Source: Candidatus Omnitrophota bacterium (lineage in GTDB: Bacteria > Omnitrophota > Gorgyraeia > JAFGHF01). Taken from it: a stretch of 64,000 nucleotides of DNA. The stretch is taken from contig CP070837.1 of assembly GCA_020341815.1 (NCBI GenBank), positions 1,368,195-1,432,194 of the forward strand. Reading direction: 5' to 3'. The stretch's first letter is position 1. The number at the start of each line of letters is the position of its first letter. The notes beneath the pieces were generated by a model. The model made no database searches and was not told the origin of the DNA. It saw nothing but the letters and a program-made list of their open reading frames with translations. Made by a program: the position numbers and the translations under genes. Shown piece by piece: positions 27,359 through 37,985 of the stretch.

Positions 27359-28981
27359 ATGCGCAACATACGAATTATACCTCGTCTTGATGTAAAAGGA
27401 CCGAATTTGGTAAAAGGTATTCATCTCGAAGGATTAAGGGTTCTTGGTTCCCCAGAGTATTTTGCTAAGAGATATTACGAACAAGGGGCAGACGAACTTA
27501 TTTATATGGATATTGTCGCAACTCTATATGGTAGAAATAACTTAAAAGAAATAGTCGAGCGTACTGCCAAAGATGTGTTTATTCCGATAACTGTAGGCGG
27601 CGGAATTAGGAGTATCGAGGATATCCGCATCCTTTTGCGTGCAGGGGCTGATAAGATAGCGATTAATACAGCGGCCATACAGAATCCCGATCTTATTAGG
27701 GAAGGCGCTGAAACATTCGGCTCACAGTGTATTGTGCTCTATATCGAGGCAAAGGAAAAACTCGAGGGAAATTATGAAGCATTTACCGACAATGCCAGAG
27801 AAGAGACAGGAGTGGATGTTTTCGAGTGGGCATATCGTGCATATCAACTGGGAGCCGGTGAAATTTTAGTGACTTCTATTGACCGTGACGGAACCGGAGA
27901 GGGTTACGATGTAGAACTAATATCAAAGATTTCAAATACGGTCCCTATTCCAGTTGTCGCCTCCGGCGGGGCTGGTAAATTAGACGATATAATAAAGATT
28001 ATCGAAAGCACCAATGTAAGCGCCGTTGCCGCCGCTTCACTTTTCCACTACAGTCAAATCGATAAAGGATTGGCCAGATGTAAATACGAAGAGGGAAACA
28101 CAGAGTTCTTAAAAACATATGCCCAAATAGATAATTATCGTCCTAGCAGGATAAAGCCTATATCCATCTTTGACTTGAAATCGCACATGAAGAAGGCTGG
28201 GATAATTGATACACGGGTGGCCGAATTACACAGTTGTGCCGGCCTAAAAGAAGAGGAATCCAAGAATATTTTTATAAGATCCTTTAAAAATAGGCCGTCT
28301 GTAGCGGTGATAGATTATGACTGCGGCAATTTATTCAACATCACCTCTGCCTTAAAAAATATAGATGCGGATTTTCAAGTTACAGACAATGCTAAGATAG
28401 TGGCTGCATCCGACAAACTCATACTTCCAGGAGTAGGCTCTTTTGAATCTGGAATAAATAATCTAGAGAGAAGAGGGTTAATCACCCCGATTAAAGAACA
28501 CGCCAAAAAGGGTAAACCCATTTTCGGTATTTGTCTCGGAATGCAGCTTCTAATGACAGAGGGAGAAGAGTACGGTTCATATAAGGGTCTGGATTTAATC
28601 AAAGGGAGAGTGACAAGAATACCGATAGATAAAGAAAAACTTTTAACTTTTAAAATTCCGCATATCGGTTGGAATAAGATAAAATTGCCCCAACAGAAAG
28701 CCGAGGTTTCTAAGAAAGCCGAAAAAGGCCTTTGGCACAATAGTATATTGAAAAATGTATTACCCGGGAGTTTAATGTATTTTGTTCACTCTTACATTGT
28801 AATATCAGATAGTCCGGAGTGGGTACTTGCCGAGACCGAATATGGCGGGAGAAGCTTCTGTTCTGCAATCCAAAAGGATAACGTTTATGGTTGCCAATTT
28901 CATCCGGAAAGAAGTAGAGAGGTGGGACTCGATATTTATAGGCAATTTGTATTTGTGGGCATAGGGGGTAAGCATGAATGA
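27359..28981 (+). CDS. Fused HisF-like (WbuZ/AglZ) and HisH-like (WbuY) glutamine amidotransferase
   Basis: RIIPRLDVKG..LVKG and SIDRDGT in the N-half; VIDYDCGNL, PGVG, GICLGMQLL and QFHPERS in the C-half. Confidence 0.9.
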   Translation: MRNIRIIPRLDVKGPNLVKGIHLEGLRVLGSPEYFAKRYYEQGADELIYMDIVATLYGRNNLKEIVERTAKDVFIPITVGGGIRSIEDIRILLRAGADKIAINTAAIQNPDLIREGAETFGSQCIVLYIEAKEKLEGNYEAFTDNAREETGVDVFEWAYRAYQLGAGEILVTSIDRDGTGEGYDVELISKISNTVPIPVVASGGAGKLDDIIKIIESTNVSAVAAASLFHYSQIDKGLARCKYEEGNTEFLKTYAQIDNYRPSRIKPISIFDLKSHMKKAGIIDTRVAELHSCAGLKEEESKNIFIRSFKNRPSVAVIDYDCGNLFNITSALKNIDADFQVTDNAKIVAASDKLILPGVGSFESGINNLERRGLITPIKEHAKKGKPIFGICLGMQLLMTEGEEYGSYKGLDLIKGRVTRIPIDKEKLLTFKIPHIGWNKIKLPQQKAEVSKKAEKGLWHNSILKNVLPGSLMYFVHSYIVISDSPEWVLAETEYGGRSFCSAIQKDNVYGCQFHPERSREVGLDIYRQFVFVGIGGKHE

Positions 28982-30275
28982 TATTGCAAGCAGCAAAATT
29001 AGAAAAGGTGTTGATACGGGATATAAGGAAAAATATAACTATTTTTTACCTAAAATTACTGCTAAAAAAATACCCTACGCTGAACATGCAGCAAATGCCT
29101 TTGATGCGCAGTTACCTCTTCGCCCTGAAGAGATAGTTTTTTGCAAGAGATGTGTCATGTCCAATCAGAGGCCGAGGATAATAATAGACGAAAAGGGTGT
29201 GTGCAGCGCATGCAATTATTTTGAATATAAAAGAAGGCATATAGACTGGGACAAACGCAGAAAACAGTTTGAAGAGTTGCTCGATCAACATCGCCGCAAG
29301 GACGGAAGATATGATGTCGTTGTCCCCTGCAGCGGCGGGAAAGATTCGGGGTTACTTGCGCATAAGCTGAAATATGAGTACGGAATGCATCCTCTTTGCG
29401 TGACATGGTCGCCATTGTTATATTCAAACATTGGTTTTCAAAATTTCCAAAATATGATCTTAGCCGGATTAAACAGCGTTTTATGTTCACCTAACCGGAT
29501 ACTACAAAGAAAACTTGCGAAACTTTGTTTTGTAATGCAGGGAGACCACTTTGAGGCATTTAGCAGGGGGCAGATATATTATCCGTTCCATGTCGCATTG
29601 GATGAAGGTGTAGATTTGGTTATGTTGGGTGAAAACCAGGAGCTCGAATATGTCGGTGACACAAAGAATGTGGACATACCCTATAATCCTATTGAGGATT
29701 GGGAGGGATATTATCACAAGGATACCAGTTTCAAAAAATTGTTAGAATTCGGTTGCGAACACGGCTATCTAGACGAAGAGGATATAAATGACCCCAGCCT
29801 TAAGTGGTATGCACCTCCGCCACGAGAAAAATTTGCGAAAGCTGGAATAAAATTTCGTTGGTACGGTTGGTACTTTAACTGGGTTCCTCAGGAAAATTAT
29901 TATTATGTAGCTGAGCATTACAATTTTCAAGCAATGCCGCGAAGGTCAGAGATGACATATTCTAAATACGCCAGTTTAGATGACTTAACCGACCCGTTTC
30001 ATTTCTATATGATGTTGATAAAATTTGGTATTGGTAGGGCTACTTCGGATGCAGCACACGAGGTCCGTGACGGACATTTGCTGAGGGATGAGGCTGTTGC
30101 GCTTGTCCGCCGTTATGACAGTGAGTTCCCGGAAAAATATTTCAAGGAATTCCTGCGGTATCTTGACATGGCTGAAGAGGAATTCTGGAGCGTGGTCAAT
30201 ACATATCGCTCTATGGCACCACACGTGTGGGAAAAAGTAAACCAAAAGTGGAAACTTAAATGCCAGGTCTCTTAA
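28974..30275 (+). CDS. N-acetyl sugar amidotransferase (WbuX/PseA/WbpG-like)
   Basis: CKRC..SNQRP..CSAC, PP-loop SGGKDS, KFGIGRATSDA. Confidence 0.88.
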   Translation: MNDIASSKIRKGVDTGYKEKYNYFLPKITAKKIPYAEHAANAFDAQLPLRPEEIVFCKRCVMSNQRPRIIIDEKGVCSACNYFEYKRRHIDWDKRRKQFEELLDQHRRKDGRYDVVVPCSGGKDSGLLAHKLKYEYGMHPLCVTWSPLLYSNIGFQNFQNMILAGLNSVLCSPNRILQRKLAKLCFVMQGDHFEAFSRGQIYYPFHVALDEGVDLVMLGENQELEYVGDTKNVDIPYNPIEDWEGYYHKDTSFKKLLEFGCEHGYLDEEDINDPSLKWYAPPPREKFAKAGIKFRWYGWYFNWVPQENYYYVAEHYNFQAMPRRSEMTYSKYASLDDLTDPFHFYMMLIKFGIGRATSDAAHEVRDGHLLRDEAVALVRRYDSEFPEKYFKEFLRYLDMAEEEFWSVVNTYRSMAPHVWEKVNQKWKLKCQVS

Positions 30276-31795
30276 AACCCATGCTTACGCATGAGAAAAA
30301 AGACGTTACTAAGAATACGCAGACAAAAGGTGCTACATGCGTAAGCAGGAGAAAGAACCCCATGCTTCCTCATGGGGAATGGCTGTCCCGGACGACGATA
30401 CCACACACGGAATTGTGTGGTTATGTACCACCCAAATGTTCCAGAGTATACATAAAGACTTTCGGCTGTCAAATGAACGTCCGCGATAGTGAGATTATCC
30501 TGGGGATGCTGCAGGGGAAGGGGTATGCATGCGTTGAGGATCCTGATAAGGCCGATATAGTTCTCTTTAACACCTGTTCTGTACGCCGCCATGCAGAGCA
30601 GAGGGTATGGTCGGCCCTGGGTAAGTTTAGGGAGTTCACAGTTCATAGTTCAGAGTTCATAGACAAAAAAGACAATTCTGAAAAGAAAATAATTGGAGTG
30701 ATTGGTTGTATGGCCCAAGCCTATCAAAATGAGATTTTGCGACGTTTTCCCCATGTGGATTTTGTCTGCGGACCGGCGAATATTTATGATATCCCCGATT
30801 TACTGGATAGGGTGAAAAAAGACGGAGGGCAGATTTTAGCAGTTAACAGGAAGCAAAGGCCTCTGATTTGCGATGAGGCTTTTAGGAAGGATGCTTCCCG
30901 TGCCTTTGTCTCTATTATGTATGGCTGCGATAATTTCTGCTCCTATTGCCTTGTGCCTTATGTCCGCGGCCGGGAGAAAAGCCGTCCCCTTAAACATATC
31001 CTTGATGAAGTGAAGGGATTAGCCTTGCGGGGTTGCAAGGAAGTTACCCTTTTGGGGCAAAACGTCAATTCTTATGGCAAGGACTTAAGGGGTAAAACCG
31101 GTTTTGCAGGATTATTGGAGAAGTTAAATGCGATAAAGGGAATTGAGCGCATCCGTTTCGTTACCAGCCATCCCAAGGATGCCTCGCTTAGTTTATTCCG
31201 GGCGATGCGTGATTTACCCAAGGTCTGTGAGCATCTGCATCTTCCTCTTCAGGCGGGCTCGGATAAAATACTGGCTAAAATGAACAGGAAATACACCTTG
31301 AAGGATTATTCGAAGCTGGTGGATAACCTGCGCCGTTTAATTCCTGATTGCAGCCTAACCACAGATATTATTGTGGGCTTTCCCGGGGAAAGCGAAAAGG
31401 ATTTCCTGCGGACTTATCAGGCCATGGAAAAAATCCGCTTCGATGAGGCCTTTATCTTTAAGTATTCACCCAGGCCTAAGACAGCTGCTGCTAAGTTGCG
31501 GGATGATGTTTCACTTTCCATTAAGCAGAAGAGGAATCAGGCACTTCTTAAACTGCAGGATGAGATATCTCTTTCTAAAAATAGGGAGCTGGTGGATACT
31601 GTTAATGAGGTCTTGGTCGAGGGAAAAGGAAGATGTTTTGGCAGTAATGAGGATATGCTGCGGGGGAGAAATCGCGGCAATAAAATAACTTTATTTTCCG
31701 CTAAAAAAGACTTGATTTTTCAGGCGGTAAATGTAAAAATAGGCAGAGCGACAACACATACATTAATTGGTGAGATTTATGATGAAAAAAATTAG
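30260..31795 (+). CDS. miaB: tRNA methylthiotransferase MiaB (start codon uncertain)
   Basis: TFGCQMN, NTCSVR, GCMAQ and radical SAM CDNFCSYC; C-terminal TRAM domain. Confidence 0.93.
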   Translation: MPGLLKPMLTHEKKDVTKNTQTKGATCVSRRKNPMLPHGEWLSRTTIPHTELCGYVPPKCSRVYIKTFGCQMNVRDSEIILGMLQGKGYACVEDPDKADIVLFNTCSVRRHAEQRVWSALGKFREFTVHSSEFIDKKDNSEKKIIGVIGCMAQAYQNEILRRFPHVDFVCGPANIYDIPDLLDRVKKDGGQILAVNRKQRPLICDEAFRKDASRAFVSIMYGCDNFCSYCLVPYVRGREKSRPLKHILDEVKGLALRGCKEVTLLGQNVNSYGKDLRGKTGFAGLLEKLNAIKGIERIRFVTSHPKDASLSLFRAMRDLPKVCEHLHLPLQAGSDKILAKMNRKYTLKDYSKLVDNLRRLIPDCSLTTDIIVGFPGESEKDFLRTYQAMEKIRFDEAFIFKYSPRPKTAAAKLRDDVSLSIKQKRNQALLKLQDEISLSKNRELVDTVNEVLVEGKGRCFGSNEDMLRGRNRGNKITLFSAKKDLIFQAVNVKIGRATTHTLIGEIYDEKN

Positions 31796-32441
31796 TATTA
31801 TTCTGTTATTTTTTATTTTAGTGAGCGGGAATGTCTTTGCCCAGGTATCAAGGATTAAGAATGTAGAGGCCTTGATATTGGAGGGTGCCTATCAGCAGGC
31901 GGCGAGCGAATGCGAGAGAATCTTGGGCGGCCGGCCCACCTCTGCTGTAGCGGTCAGGGCCCATTATCTGCGGGGGATTTGTCTGCTTAAGGGAGGAAAA
32001 TATAGCCAGGCCAGAGAAGATTTTGATCTAGTTTTGCGGCGCTTCCGGCGCAGCGGGTTTTGCGATGATGCCACATTGAGTATCGCCGATAGTTACTTTT
32101 TAGAGGGGAATTACGAACAGGCCAATGCCGGATATAGAGACTTTCTCTGTAACTTTGCCCGCAGTGAGCTGGTAAATATTGCCTTCACCCAGCAGAGGCT
32201 GTGCCTGCAGGAGGCCAACAATCCCTATTTTTCGGTGCAGGTGGGCTGCTTCAGTAAAAAGGATAACGCCGATAAGCTGCGCGATAAATTAATCGATAAA
32301 GGGTTCCAAGCCTATGTGCACCAGAAATCCGCCAGCGATCTTTTTCGTGTGCGGGTAGGCAAGTTTAACGGCAGCGCCCAGGCAGAGAGATTGGAAAAAA
32401 AGCTTCAGGCCGCAGGTTATCCTACGAAGGTTTGTCAGTGA
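31779..32441 (+). CDS. Secreted TPR + SPOR domain protein
   Basis: Signal peptide, TPR helices, and FSVQVGCFSKKDNA...FRVRVG. Confidence 0.85.
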   Translation: MMKKISIILLFFILVSGNVFAQVSRIKNVEALILEGAYQQAASECERILGGRPTSAVAVRAHYLRGICLLKGGKYSQAREDFDLVLRRFRRSGFCDDATLSIADSYFLEGNYEQANAGYRDFLCNFARSELVNIAFTQQRLCLQEANNPYFSVQVGCFSKKDNADKLRDKLIDKGFQAYVHQKSASDLFRVRVGKFNGSAQAERLEKKLQAAGYPTKVCQ

Positions 32442-33358
32442 AGAAAAGGGTCATCTGTTTAATCGGGCCTACGGCCAGCGGAAAAACAGAGATAGCTTTA
32501 AAATTAGCCAAAAGAATCGGCGCCGAGATTATCTCCTGTGATTCTATGCAGATATACAAGGGGATAGATATCGCCACTTCCAAACCCACTAAGGCAGAAA
32601 CAAGAAGAATTCCCCATCACCTCATCGATGTCTTAAGCCCCTCGCAGGAGTATAATGTTGCGCTTTTTAAGAAGTCTGCCTTAGAAAAAATCAATCACAT
32701 TCACAAAAAAGGAAAAGTCCCTTTAATCGTCGGCGGAAGCGGCCTTTATCTGCGCGCGCTCATAGACGGACTCTTTGAGGGCCCGGGCAGAGACAGCGCC
32801 CTGCGTAATAAGTTATCACAACAAGCCAAAAAATACGGCAAGGCCTATCTTTACAGAAAACTTAAAAAACAAGACCCCGAGGCCGCTTGCAAAATCCACC
32901 CCCATGATTTACGCCGGATTATCCGTGCGCTGGAAGTATATAAGCTTGCCCGCGAGCCCATCTCCGCAAGACAGAAGAAGACCTTCGGCATCAGGGATAA
33001 GTATGATCTGCGCATATTCGGCCTGAGGCGAAAAAGGGATGAGCTCTATAGGCGCATAGAGAGAAGAGTGGATAAGATGTTTAGAAAGGGGCTTGCCTCG
33101 GAGATAAAGAGGGTTATGAAGCACAAGATATCGCGCACCGCCGAGGGCCTTTTGGGTTACCGCGAAATTGCCGGATACTTAAAGGGCGAATATTCTAAGG
33201 ACAGGGCCAGTGAGCTCCTCAAAAGAAATACCCGCCATTACGCCAAGCGCCAGATAAGCTGGTTTAAAAACGAAAAGGGAGTTAACTGGATAGAATTGAG
33301 TGATGAGGATAAGTCGCAGATAATAGCCGATAAAATAGGTTTAAGTTTAAGCCGATGA
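32432..33358 (+). CDS. miaA: tRNA dimethylallyltransferase
   Basis: GPTASGKT, DSMQIY, VGGSGLY and YAKRQ. Confidence 0.96.
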   Translation: MSVKKRVICLIGPTASGKTEIALKLAKRIGAEIISCDSMQIYKGIDIATSKPTKAETRRIPHHLIDVLSPSQEYNVALFKKSALEKINHIHKKGKVPLIVGGSGLYLRALIDGLFEGPGRDSALRNKLSQQAKKYGKAYLYRKLKKQDPEAACKIHPHDLRRIIRALEVYKLAREPISARQKKTFGIRDKYDLRIFGLRRKRDELYRRIERRVDKMFRKGLASEIKRVMKHKISRTAEGLLGYREIAGYLKGEYSKDRASELLKRNTRHYAKRQISWFKNEKGVNWIELSDEDKSQIIADKIGLSLSR

Positions 33359-34632
33359 AGATGTGGGATACGGGCAGGGATAAAAAAGAAAAGGCCATTT
33401 TGGTGGCCGTAGACATAGAGGGCGAAAACAGCTGGAAGATAGAGGATTCGGTAAGAGAGCTAAGGGAACTGACCCTTTCCAGCGGGGCAGGTGTAATTAA
33501 AGACATTGCCTGTCACCGGGTAAAACCCACGGCCTCATTTTTTATCGGAAAGGGTAAGGCCGAGGAGATTTCCAATTTAGCCCAGGAGCTTGAGGCTGAC
33601 ACGGTTATCTTTAGCGAGGATTTAAGCAGCACTCAGCAGAGAAATTTAGAAGAGATAATCACAGCCAAGACCATCGACCGCACCCAGCTCATCCTGGATA
33701 TATTCGCCCAAAGGGCCAGGAGCATGGAAGGAAAGATTCAGGTGGAGCTGGCCCAGCTGGAATATCTCCTGCCGCGCTTAACCGGAAAAGGGATATTTTT
33801 ATCACGCCTGGGCGGCGGTATCGGAACAAGAGGGCCCGGTGAGAAAAAATTAGAAGTAGACAGAAGAAGAATCAAGACGCGCATCAGCCGGTTGAAAAAA
33901 GAGCTGAACACCTTAAGCCGGCGCCGCTGGTCCCTGCGCCGCCACAGAAAGGAAGGCGCCTTTGCCACGGTTGCTATCGTAGGATACACCAATGCCGGAA
34001 AGTCCACCCTGATTAACCGCTTGACCGGCGCCCATCAGGATGTCAGGCACACCTTATTCAGCACCCTGGATTCGGTGGCCCGTAAGTTTACCCTGCCCCA
34101 TAAGCAGAAGGTCTTATTCTCCGATACGGTCGGATTTTTACATCGGCTGCCCCATCACCTTATCGAGGCCTTTAAGGCCACTCTGGAAGAGGTAAAAGAG
34201 GCGGATATATTACTGCATGTTCTGGATGCGAGCTCTGCCTGCGTCTATGAGCAGAACGAGGCGGTGCATGAGGTATTGCGGGAATTGGAGGCCGACCGCA
34301 AGCCGATGCTGGTGGCCCTGAATAAAATAGATTTGATTAAGGACGATTTCTCCATTAAGCGTTACCTCAAGGACTTTAAAAACAGCGTGCCTATCTCCGC
34401 CTTGAAAGGGACGAATGTTGAGCTCCTCCTTGAGCAATTAAGCGTGCGCCTGGATGACCTGATGGCCGAGGCGGAGCTGGTTATTCCGCAGGATAAGATG
34501 CACCTGGTGGACCTGGTTTACCGGGAGGGCCAGGTCTTTAAGAGTGAGTACAGGGGGGATAAGGTTTACTTACAGGTGCGCCTGCCCCACCGAATCAAGG
34601 CCATGCTGGAAAACCTTTTGCAAAAAAAGTAA
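33355..34632 (+). CDS. hflX: GTPase HflX
   Basis: RGPGE, GYTNAGKST, DTVGF and NKID. Confidence 0.96.
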   Translation: MKMWDTGRDKKEKAILVAVDIEGENSWKIEDSVRELRELTLSSGAGVIKDIACHRVKPTASFFIGKGKAEEISNLAQELEADTVIFSEDLSSTQQRNLEEIITAKTIDRTQLILDIFAQRARSMEGKIQVELAQLEYLLPRLTGKGIFLSRLGGGIGTRGPGEKKLEVDRRRIKTRISRLKKELNTLSRRRWSLRRHRKEGAFATVAIVGYTNAGKSTLINRLTGAHQDVRHTLFSTLDSVARKFTLPHKQKVLFSDTVGFLHRLPHHLIEAFKATLEEVKEADILLHVLDASSACVYEQNEAVHEVLRELEADRKPMLVALNKIDLIKDDFSIKRYLKDFKNSVPISALKGTNVELLLEQLSVRLDDLMAEAELVIPQDKMHLVDLVYREGQVFKSEYRGDKVYLQVRLPHRIKAMLENLLQKK

Positions 34633-34705
34633 CACTGAGGAGACTGAAATAAGTAACACTGAGAACACTGAAGAAAGCTTCGGTGGGTTCAGTGTAAAAA
34701 AGTAT

Positions 34706-34733
34706 TTGACAAAGAATAATATTATGTTAGAAT
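34706..34733 (+). promoter_or_regulatory. hrcA operon promoter
   Basis: TTGACA-16-TAGAAT with an extended -10 TG. Confidence 0.75.
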
Positions 34734-34739
34734 AGGGCC

Positions 34740-34766
34740 TTAGCACTCTTAGTGTGTGAGTGCTAA
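34740..34766 (+). promoter_or_regulatory. CIRCE operator
   Basis: Perfect TTAGCACTC-N9-GAGTGCTAA directly upstream of hrcA. Confidence 0.97.
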
Positions 34767-34780
34767 ATATGGAGAGAAAA

Positions 34781-35527
34781 ATGAACGTAACTCCTTTAAA
34801 CACAAGAAGAAAGGAAATCCTGCAAAGCATCGTCGAGCTCTACATTGAGAGCGCCATACCGGTAAGCTCACAGGCCGTTGCCCGGCGCCTTGAGTGGCGG
34901 ATAAGTGCGGCCACCGTGCGCAATGTAATGGCGGAGCTGGTTGATCTGGGCCTTCTCTGGCAGCCGCATACCTCAGCCGGAAGGGTACCTACGGATAGCG
35001 GATACCGCTATTATATTAATTCTCTCCTGGAGATAGAGGAACTCACCCGGAGCGAGCAGGAGTTAATCGAGAGCGGATATCCCTCCAACCCTGAGGCCTT
35101 TGATGAGCTTCTGACGGGGGTGTTGCAGCTTTTATCTAATGTTAGCAGGTATACCGCCTTTGCCTTTTCTGCCCTGGGTAAGGAAAGACTCTATATTACA
35201 GGTACAAGCTATATCCTGGAGCAGCCGGAATTTCAGGATGCCCGGAAATTACAGGGTATCTTAAGGACCTTTGAGAGACAGGAGCCTTTACTGGAAATCA
35301 TAAAAGAGGATTTAGCCCGGGAAGGCGTGAAGGTGCACATCGGCGGGGAAAACCCTTATGAAGATATTCGGGAGTGCAGTTTAGTAATTTCCAATTACAA
35401 GATTAAAGATACCGATACCGGCGCCTTAGGGATTATCGGGCCGCGGAGGATGTCCTATGCAAAGGCCATTTCCACCGTCGATTATATCGCCCGGACCTTC
35501 AGCGCAGGTTTTTCCGACATCGAGTAA
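34781..35527 (+). CDS. hrcA: Heat-inducible repressor HrcA (short form)
   Basis: PVSS, SAATVRNVM, PHTSAGRVPT and GIIGPRRM.Y; lies behind CIRCE. Confidence 0.93.
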   Translation: MNVTPLNTRRKEILQSIVELYIESAIPVSSQAVARRLEWRISAATVRNVMAELVDLGLLWQPHTSAGRVPTDSGYRYYINSLLEIEELTRSEQELIESGYPSNPEAFDELLTGVLQLLSNVSRYTAFAFSALGKERLYITGTSYILEQPEFQDARKLQGILRTFERQEPLLEIIKEDLAREGVKVHIGGENPYEDIRECSLVISNYKIKDTDTGALGIIGPRRMSYAKAISTVDYIARTFSAGFSDIE

Positions 35528-35538
35528 GAGAGGAAAAT

Positions 35539-36036
35539 ATGGAAGCAGAGGTAACCATTACTGCCAGGGAATATCAGCAGCTTAGCGAGTGCTCCAAGGA
35601 GAAGCAGGAATATCTGGATAAGTTGCTCCGCCTGCATGCGGAGTTTGAAAATTTCAAAAAACGCGCCCTTAAAGAAAAGGCGCAATTTCTGAAATTGGCT
35701 AATGAAGAGCTTATCTCGCGTCTCATCGATATCCTGGATAATTTTGAGCGCGCCTTCGAGCACGCCAATAATATGAGCGATTTCAAATCCCTGCACCAGG
35801 GCGTAGAGATGATTCTAAAGCAGATTCATCAGCTCCTGGAAAAAGAGGGAGTGAAAAAAATAGATTGTGTGGGTAAGCCCTTTGATGCTTCCTGTCAGGA
35901 GGCCATTGCCCATATCGAGACGGATAAATACGCCGAGAACACAGTCGTGGAAGAGGCCCAGAAGGGTTATTACCTGGGCGAGCGGCTTATTCGTCCGGCA
36001 GTAGTAAAAGTATCCACAAAACCCAAGAAAAAATAA
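35539..36036 (+). CDS. grpE: Nucleotide exchange factor GrpE
   Basis: [18 protein letters not shown] and [14 protein letters not shown]. Confidence 0.95.
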   Translation: MEAEVTITAREYQQLSECSKEKQEYLDKLLRLHAEFENFKKRALKEKAQFLKLANEELISRLIDILDNFERAFEHANNMSDFKSLHQGVEMILKQIHQLLEKEGVKKIDCVGKPFDASCQEAIAHIETDKYAENTVVEEAQKGYYLGERLIRPAVVKVSTKPKKK

Positions 36037-36056
36037 ATTATCAGGAGGTTAACAAA

Positions 36057-37958
36057 ATGGCAAAGGTAATCGGAATCGATTTAGGTACGTCTAACTCCGC
36101 AGCCGCAGTTATGGAAGGCGGAAGAGCAAGCATTATCCCCAGCGCAGAAGGAACGACCGTGGGAGGAGGAAAGGCTTTTCCCTCTTATGTGGCCTTTACC
36201 AAGGACGGACAGCGCCTGGTGGGTGAGCCCGCCCGGCGTCAGGCAGCCATCAATCCTGGCGGGACCATTACCGCGGCAAAGCGAAAGATGGGTGAGGACT
36301 TTAAGTTCGAAGTTCACGGCAAGCAGTTTACGCCCCAGCAGATATCCGCTTTTATCCTGCAGAAGATAAAAGAGGACGCCCAGGCCTATCTGGGTGATGA
36401 AGTAAAAGAGGCGGTAATTACCTGCCCGGCATACTTTGACGATAATCAGCGCACAGCCACAAAGGACGCCGGAGAAATAGCGGGACTAAAGGTATTGCGT
36501 ATCATCAATGAGCCCACGGCGGCGTGTCTGGCCTACGGGCTGGATAAGGCCGGCAAAGAGCAGAAGATACTGGTCTTTGATTTCGGGGGCGGGACGCTGG
36601 ACGTAACCATTATGGAGATGTGGCATGATAAAGAAGGCGGAGCCGGTTTTGAGGTTATGGCCACCAATGGGGACACACACTTAGGCGGCACGGATATGGA
36701 TGGCGTCCTGCTTGATTATATCGCCGGTGAGTTCAAAAAGGAATCAGGTCTGGATTTAAAGAATGATAAGATGGCCATGCAGCGCCTAAGAGAGGCCGCC
36801 GAAAAAGCCAAGATTGAATTATCCAGCACCTTAACTACAGATATCAATTTACCATTTATTACTGCCGACTCTTCCGGCCCGAAACATCTGACGATGTCTA
36901 TTACGCGGGCAAAACTGGAAGAGTTGGTCGGTCCTATTGTAGATAAGTGCCGCGGGCCTATGGAGCAGGCTATAAGTGATGCCAAGCTCAGCCCCGCACA
37001 GATTGATAAGATAATCATGGTGGGCGGGCCTACCCGTATGCCTATTGTGCAGAAGTTCCTTGAGGACTATGTGGGCAAAAAGATCGAGCGCGGCGTAGAC
37101 CCTATGGAATGCGTGGCGATGGGCGCGGCAATCCAGTCAGCCATAATCAAGGGCGACATCAAAGAAGTAACCCTTCTGGATGTGACGCCTCTTTCTTTAG
37201 GTATCGAGACCTTAGGCGGAGTATGCACCCGTCTTATTGAGCGAAATACCACTATCCCCAGCAAAAAGAGCCAGATTTTCTCTACCGCCGCCGATAATCA
37301 GACCGCGGTAACCATCAGGGTTTTGCAGGGTGAGCGCTCCCTGGCCAATGATAATGTGGAACTGGGCAGGTTTGACTTAGTGGGTATACCCGCTGCCCCC
37401 AGAGGCGTGCCTCAGATCGAGGTAACATTCGATATCGACCGTAACGGTATCGTCCATGTTCATGCCAAGGATTTAGGCACGGGCAAGGAACAGTCTATCC
37501 GCATTACCGCGCCGAAGAAGCTCTCCAAGGAAGAGATTGAGAAGATGGTCAAGGAAGCGGCAAAGTATGAGACGGAAGATAAAAAGAAAAAGGAAGAGAT
37601 AGAGGTGCGCAATCAGGCCGACACCTTGGCCTACTCGACGGAGAAATCCCTCAAGGAGTTCGGCCAAAAGGTGAGCAAGGACGAAAAAGAAAAAATCGAG
37701 AAGAAGCTCGCCGAATTAAAAGAGGCCCTAAAAGGCACCGATATCAATAAGATTAAAACATCAATGGAAGAGCTGATGAAGGCCTCGCACAAACTGGCTG
37801 AAGAAATCTATAAAGAGGCCCAGGCCAAACAAAAACAAGGCCCCACACCGAAAGAAGAGCCAAAGGCTAAAGAGCCCGGCGAAGGCGGAAAAAAAGGCGA
37901 AGACATCGTCGATGCCGATTACACCGTCGAGGACGAAGACAAAAATAAAAATAAATAA
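36057..37958 (+). CDS. dnaK: Chaperone DnaK
   Basis: [17 protein letters not shown] and [13 protein letters not shown]. Confidence 0.98.
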   Translation: MAKVIGIDLGTSNSAAAVMEGGRASIIPSAEGTTVGGGKAFPSYVAFTKDGQRLVGEPARRQAAINPGGTITAAKRKMGEDFKFEVHGKQFTPQQISAFILQKIKEDAQAYLGDEVKEAVITCPAYFDDNQRTATKDAGEIAGLKVLRIINEPTAACLAYGLDKAGKEQKILVFDFGGGTLDVTIMEMWHDKEGGAGFEVMATNGDTHLGGTDMDGVLLDYIAGEFKKESGLDLKNDKMAMQRLREAAEKAKIELSSTLTTDINLPFITADSSGPKHLTMSITRAKLEELVGPIVDKCRGPMEQAISDAKLSPAQIDKIIMVGGPTRMPIVQKFLEDYVGKKIERGVDPMECVAMGAAIQSAIIKGDIKEVTLLDVTPLSLGIETLGGVCTRLIERNTTIPSKKSQIFSTAADNQTAVTIRVLQGERSLANDNVELGRFDLVGIPAAPRGVPQIEVTFDIDRNGIVHVHAKDLGTGKEQSIRITAPKKLSKEEIEKMVKEAAKYETEDKKKKEEIEVRNQADTLAYSTEKSLKEFGQKVSKDEKEKIEKKLAELKEALKGTDINKIKTSMEELMKASHKLAEEIYKEAQAKQKQGPTPKEEPKAKEPGEGGKKGEDIVDADYTVEDEDKNKNK

Positions 37959-37985
37959 ATTTTTTAACGAAGAAAAGACGAATAA

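Noticed and set aside
33350-33360. Missing hfq between miaA and hflX
   Set aside because: hfq is absent from many lineages and the ATGA overlap shows no deletion scar, so this is not notable.
34781-35527. Short HrcA as a pseudogene
   Set aside because: The N-terminal HTH and C-terminal motifs are intact in one frame and the CIRCE is perfect; compact HrcA forms are plausible.
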